A stretch of DNA of 64,000 nt from an uncultured Verrucomicrobiae bacterium (GCA_963764165.1 CAVXRD010000004.1:160001-224000), one strand, 5' to 3'; shown: positions 10,392 through 20,966, numbered from the stretch's first letter. The notes: generated by a model not told the origin, from the letters alone. Translations and numbers: made by a program.

Positions 10392-10781
10392 TTACGCGAC
10401 GGGTTGAACCAGATTAATCAGGTTGCCACACGTGTCCTCAAACAATACCGCAGTGATCGGCCCCATATTCTTCGGCTCACCACGAAACTGGACGCCGCGC
10501 TCTTTAAGCCGTTGAAATTCTGAATGGACATCGCTTGTTATGAATGCGGTTAAAGGAATCCCGGCGTCGTACAACGCCTTCTGGTAAACCTGCGCTGGCG
10601 GGAAAGCCATCGGGTCCAAAACAAGTTCGACCCCATCGATTCCCTCGGGCGACGACACAGTCAACCATCGAAATGTCCCCATTCGGACGTCATTCTGTTT
10701 CACAAAGCCCAGCTTCGTTGTGTAAAACTCGAGGGCGCTGTCCTGGTTTTTCACCATAATGCTCGCTATCTTAATTTTCAT
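10392..10781 (-). CDS. VOC/glyoxalase-family protein
   Basis: ALEFYTTKLGF..RWLTV..ELVL..FEDTCGNLINL. Confidence 0.92.
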   Translation of the reverse strand: MKIKIASIMVKNQDSALEFYTTKLGFVKQNDVRMGTFRWLTVSSPEGIDGVELVLDPMAFPPAQVYQKALYDAGIPLTAFITSDVHSEFQRLKERGVQFRGEPKNMGPITAVLFEDTCGNLINLVQPVA

Positions 10782-10864
10782 AATATTTTCTAAGCTTCAT
10801 TTCTATGACGAACGAATCAAGGCTTTTTGGAAATTTAACCGTGTTATTGTTGAATTCACTTAAT

Positions 10865-10893
10865 TTGAACCTTTTTCGAGACCGTGGCACAAA
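10865..10893 (+). promoter_or_regulatory. candidate ECF promoter TTGAAC-N15-GGCACAAA, copy 1
   Basis: The same motif with the same spacing recurs at 11430-11458. Confidence 0.55.
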
Positions 10894-10898
10894 AGGGA

Positions 10899-11471
10899 AT
10901 GGATCATGATGAGAGCGTCGCCGCGGCTTTGAAACGCCGCGATCCCGCGTCCATCGAAATGGTGATTGAGACGCTCGGGACGCGGCTGCTGCGTTCCGCC
11001 ACCCTGCTCTGCGGCAATGAGACCCTCGCCCAAGATTTGGTGCAGGATGCTTTTGTCGAGGCGTGTCGATCCATCCACCGTTTTCGCGGGCAGTCGAGCC
11101 TTTACACTTGGCTGCATGCCATACTTCTGAATCTGACGCGCCGCCACTTTCGGGACAACAAACGGCTCGTCTCCGAGAACGAGGTGGCGCTTTCCGAACT
11201 ACCCGCTGCGGAAATTGAGTCGAGCGCACTGGATTTGGAGTTTGCTTCAACGGAATTGGCTCGGGCGCTGGGCAGGCTATCGAGCGCGCATCGGGAGGTG
11301 ATGGTCTTGCGCTTCTACGAGCAGATGAAGATCGCCGATATGGCACGGCATCTGGGGTTGTCCACCGGCACCGTCAAATCTCGTCTGCATTACGCCATCC
11401 AGGAGTTGCGGAAAAATCTGCCGGTGGAATTGAACCTTTTCGGCGCGGGCGGCACAAAGGAAAAGAAATGA
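10899..11471 (+). CDS. ECF RNA polymerase sigma factor
   Basis: AQDLVQDAF, FRGQSSLYTWL and GTVKSRLHYA (regions 2 and 4). Confidence 0.93.
   Translation: MDHDESVAAALKRRDPASIEMVIETLGTRLLRSATLLCGNETLAQDLVQDAFVEACRSIHRFRGQSSLYTWLHAILLNLTRRHFRDNKRLVSENEVALSELPAAEIESSALDLEFASTELARALGRLSSAHREVMVLRFYEQMKIADMARHLGLSTGTVKSRLHYAIQELRKNLPVELNLFGAGGTKEKK
11430..11458 (+). promoter_or_regulatory. candidate ECF promoter, copy 2, upstream of the anti-sigma gene
   Basis: ttgaaccttttcggcgcgggcggcacaaa in the last codons of the sigma gene. Confidence 0.5.
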
Positions 11472-11992
11472 ATTGCGGGCAAATACAGAATCTTCTCTGC
11501 GGACTCACGGACGGTTCGCTACCGCCGCGAACGGCTGCCGCCGCCGAGGAGCATCTCAACGCCTGCCCCGCTTGCCGCCATGCGCGGGAACGCGAACGCG
11601 CGGTTTCCAAGGCTCTTTCCACGCAATTTGAAAACGCCGCGAATTCCGTGTCCTTTGACGAAGCGGCTCGCCGCAAGATGGCCGCGGGGGTTCAACGGCG
11701 CATCGCGAACCCGGGCACCGCGCCGGCAATGCCGTGGTGGAGACGCGTCGCCCTGCCCTTTGGGCTCGGCGTCGCGGGAATTGCGCTGGGCGCATTGCTG
11801 ATGCAGCAATCCGTCTCAACAGGAACTCGCAGGCAGCCGGAGCCGTCCGCCCGCAACGCCACGGGCGCAATTCACATGGAGATTTCCTACTCTCAGCCCG
11901 TTTACACATTCCGGAGGCAGAGCAACACTATTATTGACTCAATCGCTGAGAGTTCGCTGACCGCCGAAGAAACATTCCAGCAGGAGCGATAA
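11468..11992 (+). CDS. zinc-binding (zf-HC2) transmembrane anti-sigma factor
   Basis: MNC...HLNACPAC (HxxxCxxC), one TM helix, ATGA overlap with the sigma gene. Confidence 0.88.
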   Translation: MNCGQIQNLLCGLTDGSLPPRTAAAAEEHLNACPACRHARERERAVSKALSTQFENAANSVSFDEAARRKMAAGVQRRIANPGTAPAMPWWRRVALPFGLGVAGIALGALLMQQSVSTGTRRQPEPSARNATGAIHMEISYSQPVYTFRRQSNTIIDSIAESSLTAEETFQQER

Positions 11993-12015
11993 ACGATTCA
12001 AAAATTCAAACCACT

Positions 12016-12924
12016 ATGAATATATTCCGCACCAAATGCATTATCCTGTGCGCTCTTGTATCGTGCGCGACGTCAGCACTCGCAGGCGACACTCCTAGTC
12101 CAAAACCGGACGGAGATTTCCCGTATGTCATCATGTTCGAGACGGGGAGCGTCGACTTCGCACAGGGAGACGCCATAACGATCTCGGAGCTGCGCGGCTC
12201 CACTAACCGCATTGTGCAAGGCGGCACGTATTGCATTACCGGCGCCTACACACTCGATTCGCAAGATGCGGCAGACCTGTGCTTTTATGCCACTACAACA
12301 AACAAGACGGCCTCGAAGGTGGCTTCGGAGCAGAGTGTGCGAGTGTCGAAAGGCTCTGGATCGTTCCGCCTTGTTAAACGCATGGACGACCCGGGCTATT
12401 TGCATTTGTCGTTTTATGCGCATGGACACAATGTCGGCGGAGTTTATTTCGGCCAGGAACCGTGGGTAATGCGCCGCAAACCAGCTCCTCACTCCAATTC
12501 TGCGGGCGGCGCGCAAAAATATATCCCCAAAGGTCCAAACGATGCGCTTATCCATTATCTCGGCGACCCCGTTCCGCCGCCCGCCGAGTTGGATGCAGCG
12601 TATTCCAAGGACGGATTGGCGCGCGCCATCGACACTGCCGCAGCCAATGCGAACATTAAAATCGCGAAAGTGGAAATCGACGATTCGGAATTCCCTTTCC
12701 TGGTGGCGCTGGATTTCGCCAACAACGGCGACAAGGAAAAGCTAAAGGCGCAAATCGCCAAGATGCCGACCTACGCCGTAACAGGAGGAGTCGGCGGCGA
12801 CACAACCTACGCCACGAGCATCACTCCGACGAGCGTCTTTCCACCCAACTCATACCAAACAATCTACCACCGCCTACTGCTCCGCGAATCGGTGCTCTTC
12901 GAAAGATTCACCGCCACGCAATAA
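12016..12924 (+). CDS. secreted hypothetical protein
   Basis: Signal peptide (..CATSALA/G); 302 aa; third gene of the ECF operon. Confidence 0.75.
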   Translation: MNIFRTKCIILCALVSCATSALAGDTPSPKPDGDFPYVIMFETGSVDFAQGDAITISELRGSTNRIVQGGTYCITGAYTLDSQDAADLCFYATTTNKTASKVASEQSVRVSKGSGSFRLVKRMDDPGYLHLSFYAHGHNVGGVYFGQEPWVMRRKPAPHSNSAGGAQKYIPKGPNDALIHYLGDPVPPPAELDAAYSKDGLARAIDTAAANANIKIAKVEIDDSEFPFLVALDFANNGDKEKLKAQIAKMPTYAVTGGVGGDTTYATSITPTSVFPPNSYQTIYHRLLLRESVLFERFTATQ

Positions 12925-12968
12925 TTTCGCCATGCACTTTTGCGCTCGCTCGATTCGTTGCAGGCACT

Positions 12969-13877
12969 TCACGCCAGGCCGCGCTGCTCCAGGGATTGAA
13001 GCCATTCCAAATATTGATCAGTTGGAGGCGTTGCTAAGTCCATATGAAGTTTTGTAGCCAGAATATCCGTTCTACGCCCAAGGTCTTTCGGCGTTAGCTT
13101 TTCGAGCCTGTTTACTGCCAACCAATAATCCCCCTCGTCCAACTTGAATGGTTTCCATGAACATGGTTTTCCAGTCGCGCCAATGAATTGACCTCGCTGC
13201 AACACAGCAGCAACTATTCGGAGTGGAGGGATAAGTCCGCAGGATGGGATAATTCCTGAATCCAGAAGCAGATTGGCCAATGTTCGGCGCACGTAACCTT
13301 GTTTCCCAGAGTTATCGAGCGTGTATCCAAATCTCTTGCGTCGCCGCAACTCTTGTCGCTTCGCGCACGAACCGTCAGAATCCTCATAGCCATATTTTGC
13401 CGTGAGTTTCGGAAAGCGCTTGGACATCGCCCATTCCTTGAATGCCACTCCTTTGACTCTCTTTGGGTGGTGTTTGTCGCTTGGCATCTCGTGACCTGTT
13501 TTCTGCTCGTAAACGTGAATGGCCGGGTATTGATAGCCCTCGTACTGAGCGGAGTCCGGGTCAATGTTTAGGTCCGCTAGGGATTCCGAATCCGCCATCG
13601 CCTTCTCGAATACAATTCTTCCCATCGAGATCAGAGTGCCGCGGAAATCCATGAAACCATCGTCTGAGCAGCCGCCACAAATAATATATGCTGCGCCCCA
13701 CAGGTCGCTGGTATAAGCCTGATAAAGAAGGGTCGTAAAATGTTGGTCGAACGACTGGACTCCGTCGGCAGCCAGCTTGCGCAACTCGTCCTCAAGCAAT
13801 TCGCATTTTCTGTCCATGTTGCCCCCAGAAGCGCTGTGGACGCGGTGCACGATCGCCCAAAAGTCACCAATGGTCAT
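12969..13877 (-). CDS. DUF4240-domain protein
   Basis: FWAIV, LWGAAYIICGGCSDDGFMDFRGTLISMGRIVFE motif. Confidence 0.8.
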   Translation of the reverse strand: MTIGDFWAIVHRVHSASGGNMDRKCELLEDELRKLAADGVQSFDQHFTTLLYQAYTSDLWGAAYIICGGCSDDGFMDFRGTLISMGRIVFEKAMADSESLADLNIDPDSAQYEGYQYPAIHVYEQKTGHEMPSDKHHPKRVKGVAFKEWAMSKRFPKLTAKYGYEDSDGSCAKRQELRRRKRFGYTLDNSGKQGYVRRTLANLLLDSGIIPSCGLIPPLRIVAAVLQRGQFIGATGKPCSWKPFKLDEGDYWLAVNRLEKLTPKDLGRRTDILATKLHMDLATPPTDQYLEWLQSLEQRGLA

Positions 13878-13975
13878 GGGAAAAGTCTACAAAACCATTG
13901 GATGGCTGACGATACAAAATCTTATGGGGCGTGGATGGCCACCTTCCGCGCAATGGCAAACAATGATTATCCCCT

Positions 13976-14043
13976 GTGCCGCTCCTGGCGGAGCTTGATA
14001 TCCATTTTGGTCGATTCTACAAAGGTGCCGCGCCGACGGCGCT
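13976..14043. repeat. REP-like palindrome (GCCGCTCCT..GGAGCT / CTACAAA..GCC.ACGGCGCT family)
   Basis: Same family as 37125-37196 and 37831-37900. Confidence 0.6.
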
Positions 14044-14064
14044 TCGGCGGATGCGACGGACGAC

Positions 14065-16467
14065 TCAGCGCTTTCGAGCACTGGCAGAAATTTCAATGGT
14101 TTTGGGTCGATATTCTCGAATCACCTCAAATTTCAGACCTTGGTCGGCTGGAGCATTCTCAATCGCGGCCATAAATTGCGAGAGGTTTTTCACAGTTTGC
14201 CCGTTTACCTGCTGGATGAAATCTGCGGTTTGAAGACCGGCGGACCTAGTAGCATCCGAATGAAGGGCGTGCGCGACCAGAACGCCGCGCGCGCCGGCCG
14301 GCAGTCCAAGGGCGGAATATTCCTCGCCGGTGAGTTCCCGCATCGTGGCTCCCAGCCAAGTGATCTGCTCGCCGGTGGCAGATAATTCGCTCTGGGTGGG
14401 CGGGGTGATTTCCGGCTTGCGGGCAATGGCTTTCAGGCGCGGGGATTGCACGCCAAATTGGTCCATCGGAAAATTCACGAAGCCGAGTTTCAACGCTGGA
14501 GATGTTGCTTTGACTCGAAAATCTCCTGCGGCGGGATTCACGAATTGGGCGTCTCCAACCAATGAATCGGCGTCACATCCGTTGGCCGTGAATTTCTGGC
14601 GGTCTGCTTGCGAGGTCGTAAACAAATTTGAATCCACTTCGGCGCCCCATTTGGAGGTTTCCATTATCGCGGGCCGGTATTCACCCATGACGATGTTCCG
14701 CGCAAATAAGTCGCCACTCTGCTCGAACCACACATGCGGATGGAGGCTGTTGTTGACAATGATATTGTTGGTGGCGACGCGCTGGTAGCCTTCGCGCAAT
14801 TTAAGGCCGCCGTGCAACAGGAGGTTGTTGTAAATCCGGTAATTTGATGAGCCGTCGTCGAGATCAATGTCCCAGCCGTGGTCACAGCGCCAGCGGTTGT
14901 TGCGCAAAGTGTTCGGCGCAATCACGTCCAGGAACGGCAGGCGCGGGTCGGCAGCGACCTGTTTTTCCACAACCGCGCGCTCCGGATCCCAATAGCGGTC
15001 GCGGCCCCACGAATTAAAGCTGCCGTGATCACCGGTTTCCATCACCGTGTCGAAAATATCGCAAAACTCAATGATGTCGCCGCCCCAGCAGCCGTCGCCG
15101 ATGTTGATTCCGGCCCGCGGCACGTCGTAAATCGAACAGTGGCGGATGGTGATGTTTTCCGCCAGGTCAATTTCCACCGGCGCAGTCTGTTTCTCGAAAC
15201 GGCCGCTGTGCGTGATCAGGCAATCCTCGACCAAACAGTCCGCGGGATAATTCTCGGTCAGCGGGCCTGGCGTGCGGTCCAGCTTTTCGAAGTCAGATTT
15301 CTTGCTGTAGTTAAACAACGCATTGCGCACGGCCTTTGGATCGCCAACGAAGGCAACCCCGTTTGCGCCGCTGTCCTTGATCAAACAACCGCGCACAACA
15401 ACACGGCGGTTGAAATTGTTGACGAAAATGGCGTTGCCGCCGAGTTGGTCAAAATCGCAGTTCTCAATGCCGACGTCTTCCGCGCCACTAAACAAAACCG
15501 CGCCGCCGCGATAAACCGTCCAATCCGAGCGCAGGATTGGCTCGCGATTTTCCATGAAAGTCCGTGTTGCGTGGCGGAAGGTCAAGCCGCGCAAGGTGAT
15601 GAAGCTCACGGGCTTTTCTGTTGAGCCGACGAATTCCACTAATTGGGCCAATTGGACGGATTCGACAACTGCGGTTTTCAAATCCAGCCCCGGTGGCGGC
15701 ATGAAATAAAGCATCGAATTGCTTGCATCGTGAAACCACTCGCCGGGAGCATCGAGTTCCTCAAATATATTTTCCACGAAACGATATTCGGGGTGCATGG
15801 CGCTGGGCCGATTGTTCTGCCAGCCGCCTTCATAGCGAAGTGAGCCGTCGGGATTTTTGCCAAGGATTCGGTAGTGCATGTCGCCCCAAAGCGCGTTGTG
15901 CATGGCGTGAATGAAGCCGCCGGCGGGATTGGCCCAGTGAGCGGCGCGTTCGCGCGAAATCGCGTCCGCCGCCGAGCCGTCGAACTGTCCAGCCTTTGGA
16001 TTGTAATTTGGATATCGCGCCATGTGCTGGCGCTCGCCGTTGACGAACAATTGGTCCCACACAAGTCCCGGCGGCGTTTTCGCCTGAAAAATCCCATCAC
16101 GATAAGGCGTCCACTCGAGCTTGAGCCGCGCGCCTCCGCTGATGACCGGATGCGCACCCACAGATGCGGAATAAATAACGGGGAATTTCTGTGTGCCGGA
16201 ATCGGCGTCCGTAAATTTGAGCGTGGCTGGCAAGTAATAAGTCCCGTCGTCCAACAGAACGGTTACAGGTTCTTTGCCAGCAAACGATCGCGTCAATTTT
16301 TGCGCCGCCGCGAGCGATGCCACTGGCAGCCGCGCCGTCCCTGGGCTGCCATCGTTGCCGGATGGCAAGACATGAATTTCAGCGGCGGACAACGCTGTGG
16401 ATGACGCATTGGCCAGAAAAATAACCGCTGCAACGAAGCCGCCTGCTCTTTGTCTCAGAAACATCAT
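14065..16467 (-). CDS. secreted right-handed beta-helix (pectin-lyase fold, GH141-like) protein with a C-terminal PDZ domain
   Basis: Signal peptide, V.PSGNDGSPGT...P.ASL, LFVNGERQHMARYPN, ELDAPGEW, DIDLDDGSS and a C-terminal WLGA..AGLQTADFIQQVNG PDZ; start moved to 16467. Confidence 0.85.
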   Translation of the reverse strand: MMFLRQRAGGFVAAVIFLANASSTALSAAEIHVLPSGNDGSPGTARLPVASLAAAQKLTRSFAGKEPVTVLLDDGTYYLPATLKFTDADSGTQKFPVIYSASVGAHPVISGGARLKLEWTPYRDGIFQAKTPPGLVWDQLFVNGERQHMARYPNYNPKAGQFDGSAADAISRERAAHWANPAGGFIHAMHNALWGDMHYRILGKNPDGSLRYEGGWQNNRPSAMHPEYRFVENIFEELDAPGEWFHDASNSMLYFMPPPGLDLKTAVVESVQLAQLVEFVGSTEKPVSFITLRGLTFRHATRTFMENREPILRSDWTVYRGGAVLFSGAEDVGIENCDFDQLGGNAIFVNNFNRRVVVRGCLIKDSGANGVAFVGDPKAVRNALFNYSKKSDFEKLDRTPGPLTENYPADCLVEDCLITHSGRFEKQTAPVEIDLAENITIRHCSIYDVPRAGINIGDGCWGGDIIEFCDIFDTVMETGDHGSFNSWGRDRYWDPERAVVEKQVAADPRLPFLDVIAPNTLRNNRWRCDHGWDIDLDDGSSNYRIYNNLLLHGGLKLREGYQRVATNNIIVNNSLHPHVWFEQSGDLFARNIVMGEYRPAIMETSKWGAEVDSNLFTTSQADRQKFTANGCDADSLVGDAQFVNPAAGDFRVKATSPALKLGFVNFPMDQFGVQSPRLKAIARKPEITPPTQSELSATGEQITWLGATMRELTGEEYSALGLPAGARGVLVAHALHSDATRSAGLQTADFIQQVNGQTVKNLSQFMAAIENAPADQGLKFEVIREYRPKTIEISASARKR

Positions 16468-16474
16468 GCAGCAT

Positions 16475-17401
16475 TCAACCATCCATGGCCCCAAACAATG
16501 CGCGATTTTGGCGAACGTATTCCATCGTCTTGCGATGCAGCTCGTCAAAGTCACGATCATAATCGTGAAAACGAAGGTCCCTCGACATAATCTTGCTCTC
16601 GGTCTCGTCATCCAAAGTTATTCCGTCTGCGTCTGGATCGAACGGATCGCAGCCGCCTTTTTTTCCGAACTCGCGCACGATTTCAACGCACTTCCATAAC
16701 ATTCCCGCAAAGACCGGCTCGTCAATCGCTTCCATCAGTTCCGCGCAGGGAATGACGGCCCAGGCAGCGTGAAAGTACATGTCCTCGAAACCATTCGGCC
16801 AGCAACACCCCGTAAAATAGGGCAGCGACATGACGCGCAATTCCGCCGGTGAACGGTTTCTAAACCCTTCTTGAATCGCCGCAAGCAATGCCCAGTAAGC
16901 CTTCTGCTTATTCTCCATCTTTAGGAAGTCGTCCACATCATATTGCGGCCGGTCAAACTCGGTGAGTGGCTCCAGCAGTTTAATTACCGGCATGCGAACA
17001 GGATGGCTGACTCTGTCATAAGCGAACGAAAGCGGCTTTCTGCCAGCGGTTGTTTTGCGATTCGGGTCGGCGCCGCTCTTAAGAAGCAGTTGGACGATTT
17101 CTGGCGAACTGCAGCCGGCCGCTTCATGCAGGCAGGTTCCACCATCGCTCATTGCCAACATGCGATTTGGATTAGCGCCGGACGCCAACAGCAGCTGCAC
17201 AACTTCGAAATGCCCAAACGGAATGGCCGTTTCCATTAAACCGTTCAAATCGGGTGAGACGCCGCGGTTGAGGCATTCTTTCAATTTGTCCGCCCGCCCA
17301 CTTGCGGCGCAGATAGCCGCGTCCAATTCCAGGGTCCGAACGAATGGGCTCACCGAGAACGTGAAGACGGCCCAGAGATAGGTTGGCATCTTGCCGAACA
17401 T
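16475..17401 (-). CDS. ankyrin-repeat protein with a DUF4375/DMP19-like C-terminal domain
   Basis: GHFEVVQLLLASGANPN and GGTCLHEAA..IVQLLLKSGADPN ankyrin repeats; C-terminal NGF..YF...YVRQNRALF pattern; start uncertain. Confidence 0.75.
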   Translation of the reverse strand: MFGKMPTYLWAVFTFSVSPFVRTLELDAAICAASGRADKLKECLNRGVSPDLNGLMETAIPFGHFEVVQLLLASGANPNRMLAMSDGGTCLHEAAGCSSPEIVQLLLKSGADPNRKTTAGRKPLSFAYDRVSHPVRMPVIKLLEPLTEFDRPQYDVDDFLKMENKQKAYWALLAAIQEGFRNRSPAELRVMSLPYFTGCCWPNGFEDMYFHAAWAVIPCAELMEAIDEPVFAGMLWKCVEIVREFGKKGGCDPFDPDADGITLDDETESKIMSRDLRFHDYDRDFDELHRKTMEYVRQNRALFGAMDG

Positions 17402-17677
17402 CGATTCATGAAACTCGGGCCGCTGCCACCTCAACCGTTTGTCGCACAGTTTTTGCAGGGCTGACCGGCGGGTTGCCCACCACCAACTAGCGGCAGCTTT
17501 TATCCGCTTATTGAAATCGGAGTTTCCCACTTTTCGTTTTCCCATACGGGTGTGAGCCGATTCTGGCCAATTTGAGCGCCGGTTTTCAAGGTTGTTCCAT
17601 TCCAATACTTCGCGGCGTGAGAATTTGACAAATTGCCACCTGAAGAACTAAAGTTTCAGCATAAAATGAGGGGCAGG

Positions 17678-18883
17678 ATGAGCAGTCACAAAGTCTGGAA
17701 TCACTGGCGCGTCGGCGCTATTTCGCTATGGGCGTGCATGGGAATAATGGGAATGAATGCAACCGCCGCAGACAACTCACTGGTCATGTCTGTTTCACCT
17801 CCGAGCAATACCCTCGTCATGCCGCGATCCATGTTTACGGTGACATGGACGGTTCAAAACACGGGAACCACTACGTGGACACCTACCCAAAATGGCTACA
17901 CCATGAACCTTGTTGGAAAAGACAGCATGGGGGCCATTCCTGTTTACACGAACACGTATTCGAAGCATTACGAGCCAAACGCAATTATTGACAGCGGAAA
18001 ATCCATTGCCCCAGGGCAGCAAGCGACCTTCCGGATGACATTTATCGCGCCGGAAACCCCGGGCGCGGTCACCGACATCTTCCAGTTGAACAATGCCAGC
18101 AGCGTGTTCTTTGGACCGCAATTCGCCGCGCAAGTTGTCGTCGCGCAGGCCGGCTCGACCAACCAATATGATCGCGCCAAAGCGGTTTCGTATGCCAACA
18201 ATTACGCGGGCTACATTGTTGGCGACGGTTATTTTTGGACGAATGGATCGGACTATTATTACTACGGCGCAGGGCAGCCGGTACCCACCACGCTGGTCGG
18301 CGATGATTGCGCGCATTTTGTCTCGTGCTGCATCGGCAGCCAGGGAACGCAATGGGGCGGCGGCTTGAAAATCCCGAGTCGGGTGCCCCCAACATACGGC
18401 GAACCCGGAGCTGGCGCGCTGGTCAACACCGTGTTGATCGCGCCCGGCTACGCCACTGAAGTATCGTCGCTGAGTGAAATGTCCCCCGGTGATGTCATCG
18501 GCTGGAACTGGGAGGGCGACACCGATATTGCAGACCTCGATCACGTTACGATTTATCTTGGCAACGGCCTCACCGGCTCCCACGCTGAATCTTGCCTCGA
18601 TGTCTCCGCCAACACCTGGTACCAGAGCGGCGAGTCGGAAGCCGTTCGGCATTTGATTCACATCTATGATGCTCCGACCATTACATGCGGCAAAGCCGGG
18701 GGCAATTTGGTTCTGTCCTGGGGGACGAACTGGACTGGCTATGTATTGCAATCCTCCGCATCCCTGGCGGCCGGCTCAGCGTGGAGCAACGTAAAAACTG
18801 CGCCGACCAAAGTGGGAAGATTGAATCAATTAACCACACCGATGTCGCAAGCTGACGCGTATTTTCGTCTGGTTCTGCCTTGA
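17678..18883 (+). CDS. secreted NBR1-Ig-like plus amidase (NlpC/P60-like Cys-His) protein
   Basis: FTVTWTVQNTGTTTW (NBR1-like); YDRAKAVSYA and DCAHFVSCC..GD..HVTIY (Amidase_6-like); C-terminal LSW..LQSS.SL...W...YFRL tail. Confidence 0.8.
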   Translation: MSSHKVWNHWRVGAISLWACMGIMGMNATAADNSLVMSVSPPSNTLVMPRSMFTVTWTVQNTGTTTWTPTQNGYTMNLVGKDSMGAIPVYTNTYSKHYEPNAIIDSGKSIAPGQQATFRMTFIAPETPGAVTDIFQLNNASSVFFGPQFAAQVVVAQAGSTNQYDRAKAVSYANNYAGYIVGDGYFWTNGSDYYYYGAGQPVPTTLVGDDCAHFVSCCIGSQGTQWGGGLKIPSRVPPTYGEPGAGALVNTVLIAPGYATEVSSLSEMSPGDVIGWNWEGDTDIADLDHVTIYLGNGLTGSHAESCLDVSANTWYQSGESEAVRHLIHIYDAPTITCGKAGGNLVLSWGTNWTGYVLQSSASLAAGSAWSNVKTAPTKVGRLNQLTTPMSQADAYFRLVLP

Positions 18884-19003
18884 TTTAATTGACTGCACTG
18901 GGAACGGCAGGGCGATCGAACAACAAGGCCACAAACACAATGAAGTGGGCTGACCCAGCAAACTGAAGATTCTTCATGCAACACTCCAGCCATTGGGTTC
19001 ACC

Positions 19004-20311
19004 TCAAACCGAAGGCATCCATTGGCGGACAATCTGGCTGGTGGGCACGCGGGCTTTCAACTCGTGAAGCAGCATGCACATGCCGGATTCCGTGCGGGAC
19101 AAGAATACAAACTCCGGCGGCAGAAACTTGTCTTTCAATAGCGCCCCGGCTAGCCGGGTCATTTCATCCATAAACTTCCCGTTTGAAAAATCGACCGTTG
19201 GAGGAGAAGCGTCCAGAGGATGAAATTGATCGTAGAACTGGCGGATCGCATTCATGCATCGGCGAACGCGCGGTTCGGACGAGGAAACCTTCGGACCGAA
19301 CACACCGTGAATCAATTCGGCGAAGAGCCTTTCGTCATTGACCCATTGGCGCGTCCAGAATTGCGCATAACTGCGGACAGCCACCGGCTTGAGGTATTTC
19401 ACGCAGCCGAAATCGATCAAGCCGATACTGCCGTCACTATCAAACAAATAGTTGCCGGGATGCGGATCGGCATGCAGCGCCTGCAGGCGAAACATTTGGA
19501 AGAAGAACAAATGCGTCAGCCCGGCCCCAATTTTATCACGAACTTCCTGCGATGGGTTCTGTTCCAAAAATTCGCGCAACCGCAGCCCTCTGACGCGGGA
19601 CATGGTGAGCACCTGATCGCCGCTTAGCTCCCTGTAAACTTTCGGAAGACGGACAAAATCCAACGGGGCCAAATTTTTGGCAAAGAACTGAATGTTGCGC
19701 GCTTCGTTCTCATAGTCGGTTTCCTCGAGAATGCCGCGTTCCGCTTCGCGCACAACCTCGCTCCGCAGGTGTCCGCTGAGCCGTGCCGCAAAGCCAGCCG
19801 CCCGCAGCATTTTAAAATCACTCTCGATCGCTTCCCGGATGGCCGGGTATTGAATTTTGACGGCGACCTCCTCGCCCTTTTTGGTGACCGCAAAATGCAC
19901 CTGGCCGAGGGAGGCCGCCGCAAAAGGCACGGGGTCGAACGAGCGAAAGACTTCCTCTGGAAACTTCCCCAATGCGCCCTTGAATTGCGCCCGCATTAAT
20001 GTGGCATGCATCGGCGGAGCCTGCATTTGCAATCCGGCCAATTCCTCCACCACATCGGCGTCGAGAAGATGGGTCTGCATGCTCAGCGCCTGCCCAAGCT
20101 TCATTACGGGCCCGCGCAACGTCTGCAAGTCTTCGCGGATTTTTCGCGCGTTCCTGCGGTGAAGCGTCTGGCGCTTTTCGTTGCTTTGCCGCTCGTCCAA
20201 AAAGAGGCGCTGAAACTGGTATCCAATGTAACTCCCGGCAATTCCCGCTCCAAGGCGAGCCAGCTTCGCCGCTCGGCCTATGGGCTTTGGTTCTGTTTTC
20301 ACCAGTTCCAA
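19004..20311 (-). CDS. ABC1/AarF/UbiB-family atypical kinase
   Basis: [29 protein letters not shown] and DFGC motifs. Confidence 0.93.
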   Translation of the reverse strand: MELVKTEPKPIGRAAKLARLGAGIAGSYIGYQFQRLFLDERQSNEKRQTLHRRNARKIREDLQTLRGPVMKLGQALSMQTHLLDADVVEELAGLQMQAPPMHATLMRAQFKGALGKFPEEVFRSFDPVPFAAASLGQVHFAVTKKGEEVAVKIQYPAIREAIESDFKMLRAAGFAARLSGHLRSEVVREAERGILEETDYENEARNIQFFAKNLAPLDFVRLPKVYRELSGDQVLTMSRVRGLRLREFLEQNPSQEVRDKIGAGLTHLFFFQMFRLQALHADPHPGNYLFDSDGSIGLIDFGCVKYLKPVAVRSYAQFWTRQWVNDERLFAELIHGVFGPKVSSSEPRVRRCMNAIRQFYDQFHPLDASPPTVDFSNGKFMDEMTRLAGALLKDKFLPPEFVFLSRTESGMCMLLHELKARVPTSQIVRQWMPSV

Positions 20312-20961
20312 TCCCCTTTCTCCAGCACGCGCATGCCCAATTTCAGAGATCGATCCAGCAGCGCGACGGTCTTCTGCTTGCGCCGCGATGTGTCATGGAG
20401 CCAGTGCAGGACGATGCCAATGTAGAACAGCCCGACCGCGTAGGCACCCAAGTCGCCCACGCGCGGAATTTCCTCCTTCTTCTCCGCCTGTTCGAGGATG
20501 CCACGCACGAACCGCAGATACTTCAACCGCAACTCCTGGGACTCCAAACTCAGGGGGCTGAGCTTGGAATGCGGCTGCAGAGAACGAAAAAACACCGCGC
20601 CGATGAAATCTTCATAGGGCGCGACGTACTCCAACTGCCGGTGAATGATCGCGAAAAGCTTTTCGGGAAGCGGCGCCCGATGAAGCTCCGCCTGCTTGCC
20701 ATACCACTCCACCAGATCGTTGGTTTCCTTTTGGAAAAAGAAAAGCGCGAGATCCTCCTTTGTCGCGAAATAATTGAAGAGCGTTCCCTCCGCGATTCCA
20801 GCTTTTTGAGAAATCTCTTTTGTCGTGGTTTCGTCGAGGCCTTTTTCGCGGAACAGCGCCAGCGCCGCCGCCAGGATTCTTTCCTTTGTCCTCTCCTTGT
20901 TGCTGTCCCGTTTGCTCTGCGGCTTTGCGTCCGCCTTTTTCGTCTTGCGTGAATTTTTCAT
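20299..20961 (-). CDS. TetR-family transcriptional regulator
   Basis: [37 protein letters not shown]. Confidence 0.93.
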   Translation of the reverse strand: MKNSRKTKKADAKPQSKRDSNKERTKERILAAALALFREKGLDETTTKEISQKAGIAEGTLFNYFATKEDLALFFFQKETNDLVEWYGKQAELHRAPLPEKLFAIIHRQLEYVAPYEDFIGAVFFRSLQPHSKLSPLSLESQELRLKYLRFVRGILEQAEKKEEIPRVGDLGAYAVGLFYIGIVLHWLHDTSRRKQKTVALLDRSLKLGMRVLEKGDWNW

Positions 20962-20966
20962 AAATT

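Noticed and set aside
10771..11346. 191-aa minus-strand ORF upstream of the VOC gene
   Set aside because: Antisense to a clear ECF sigma gene; Arg/Pro-rich shadow composition
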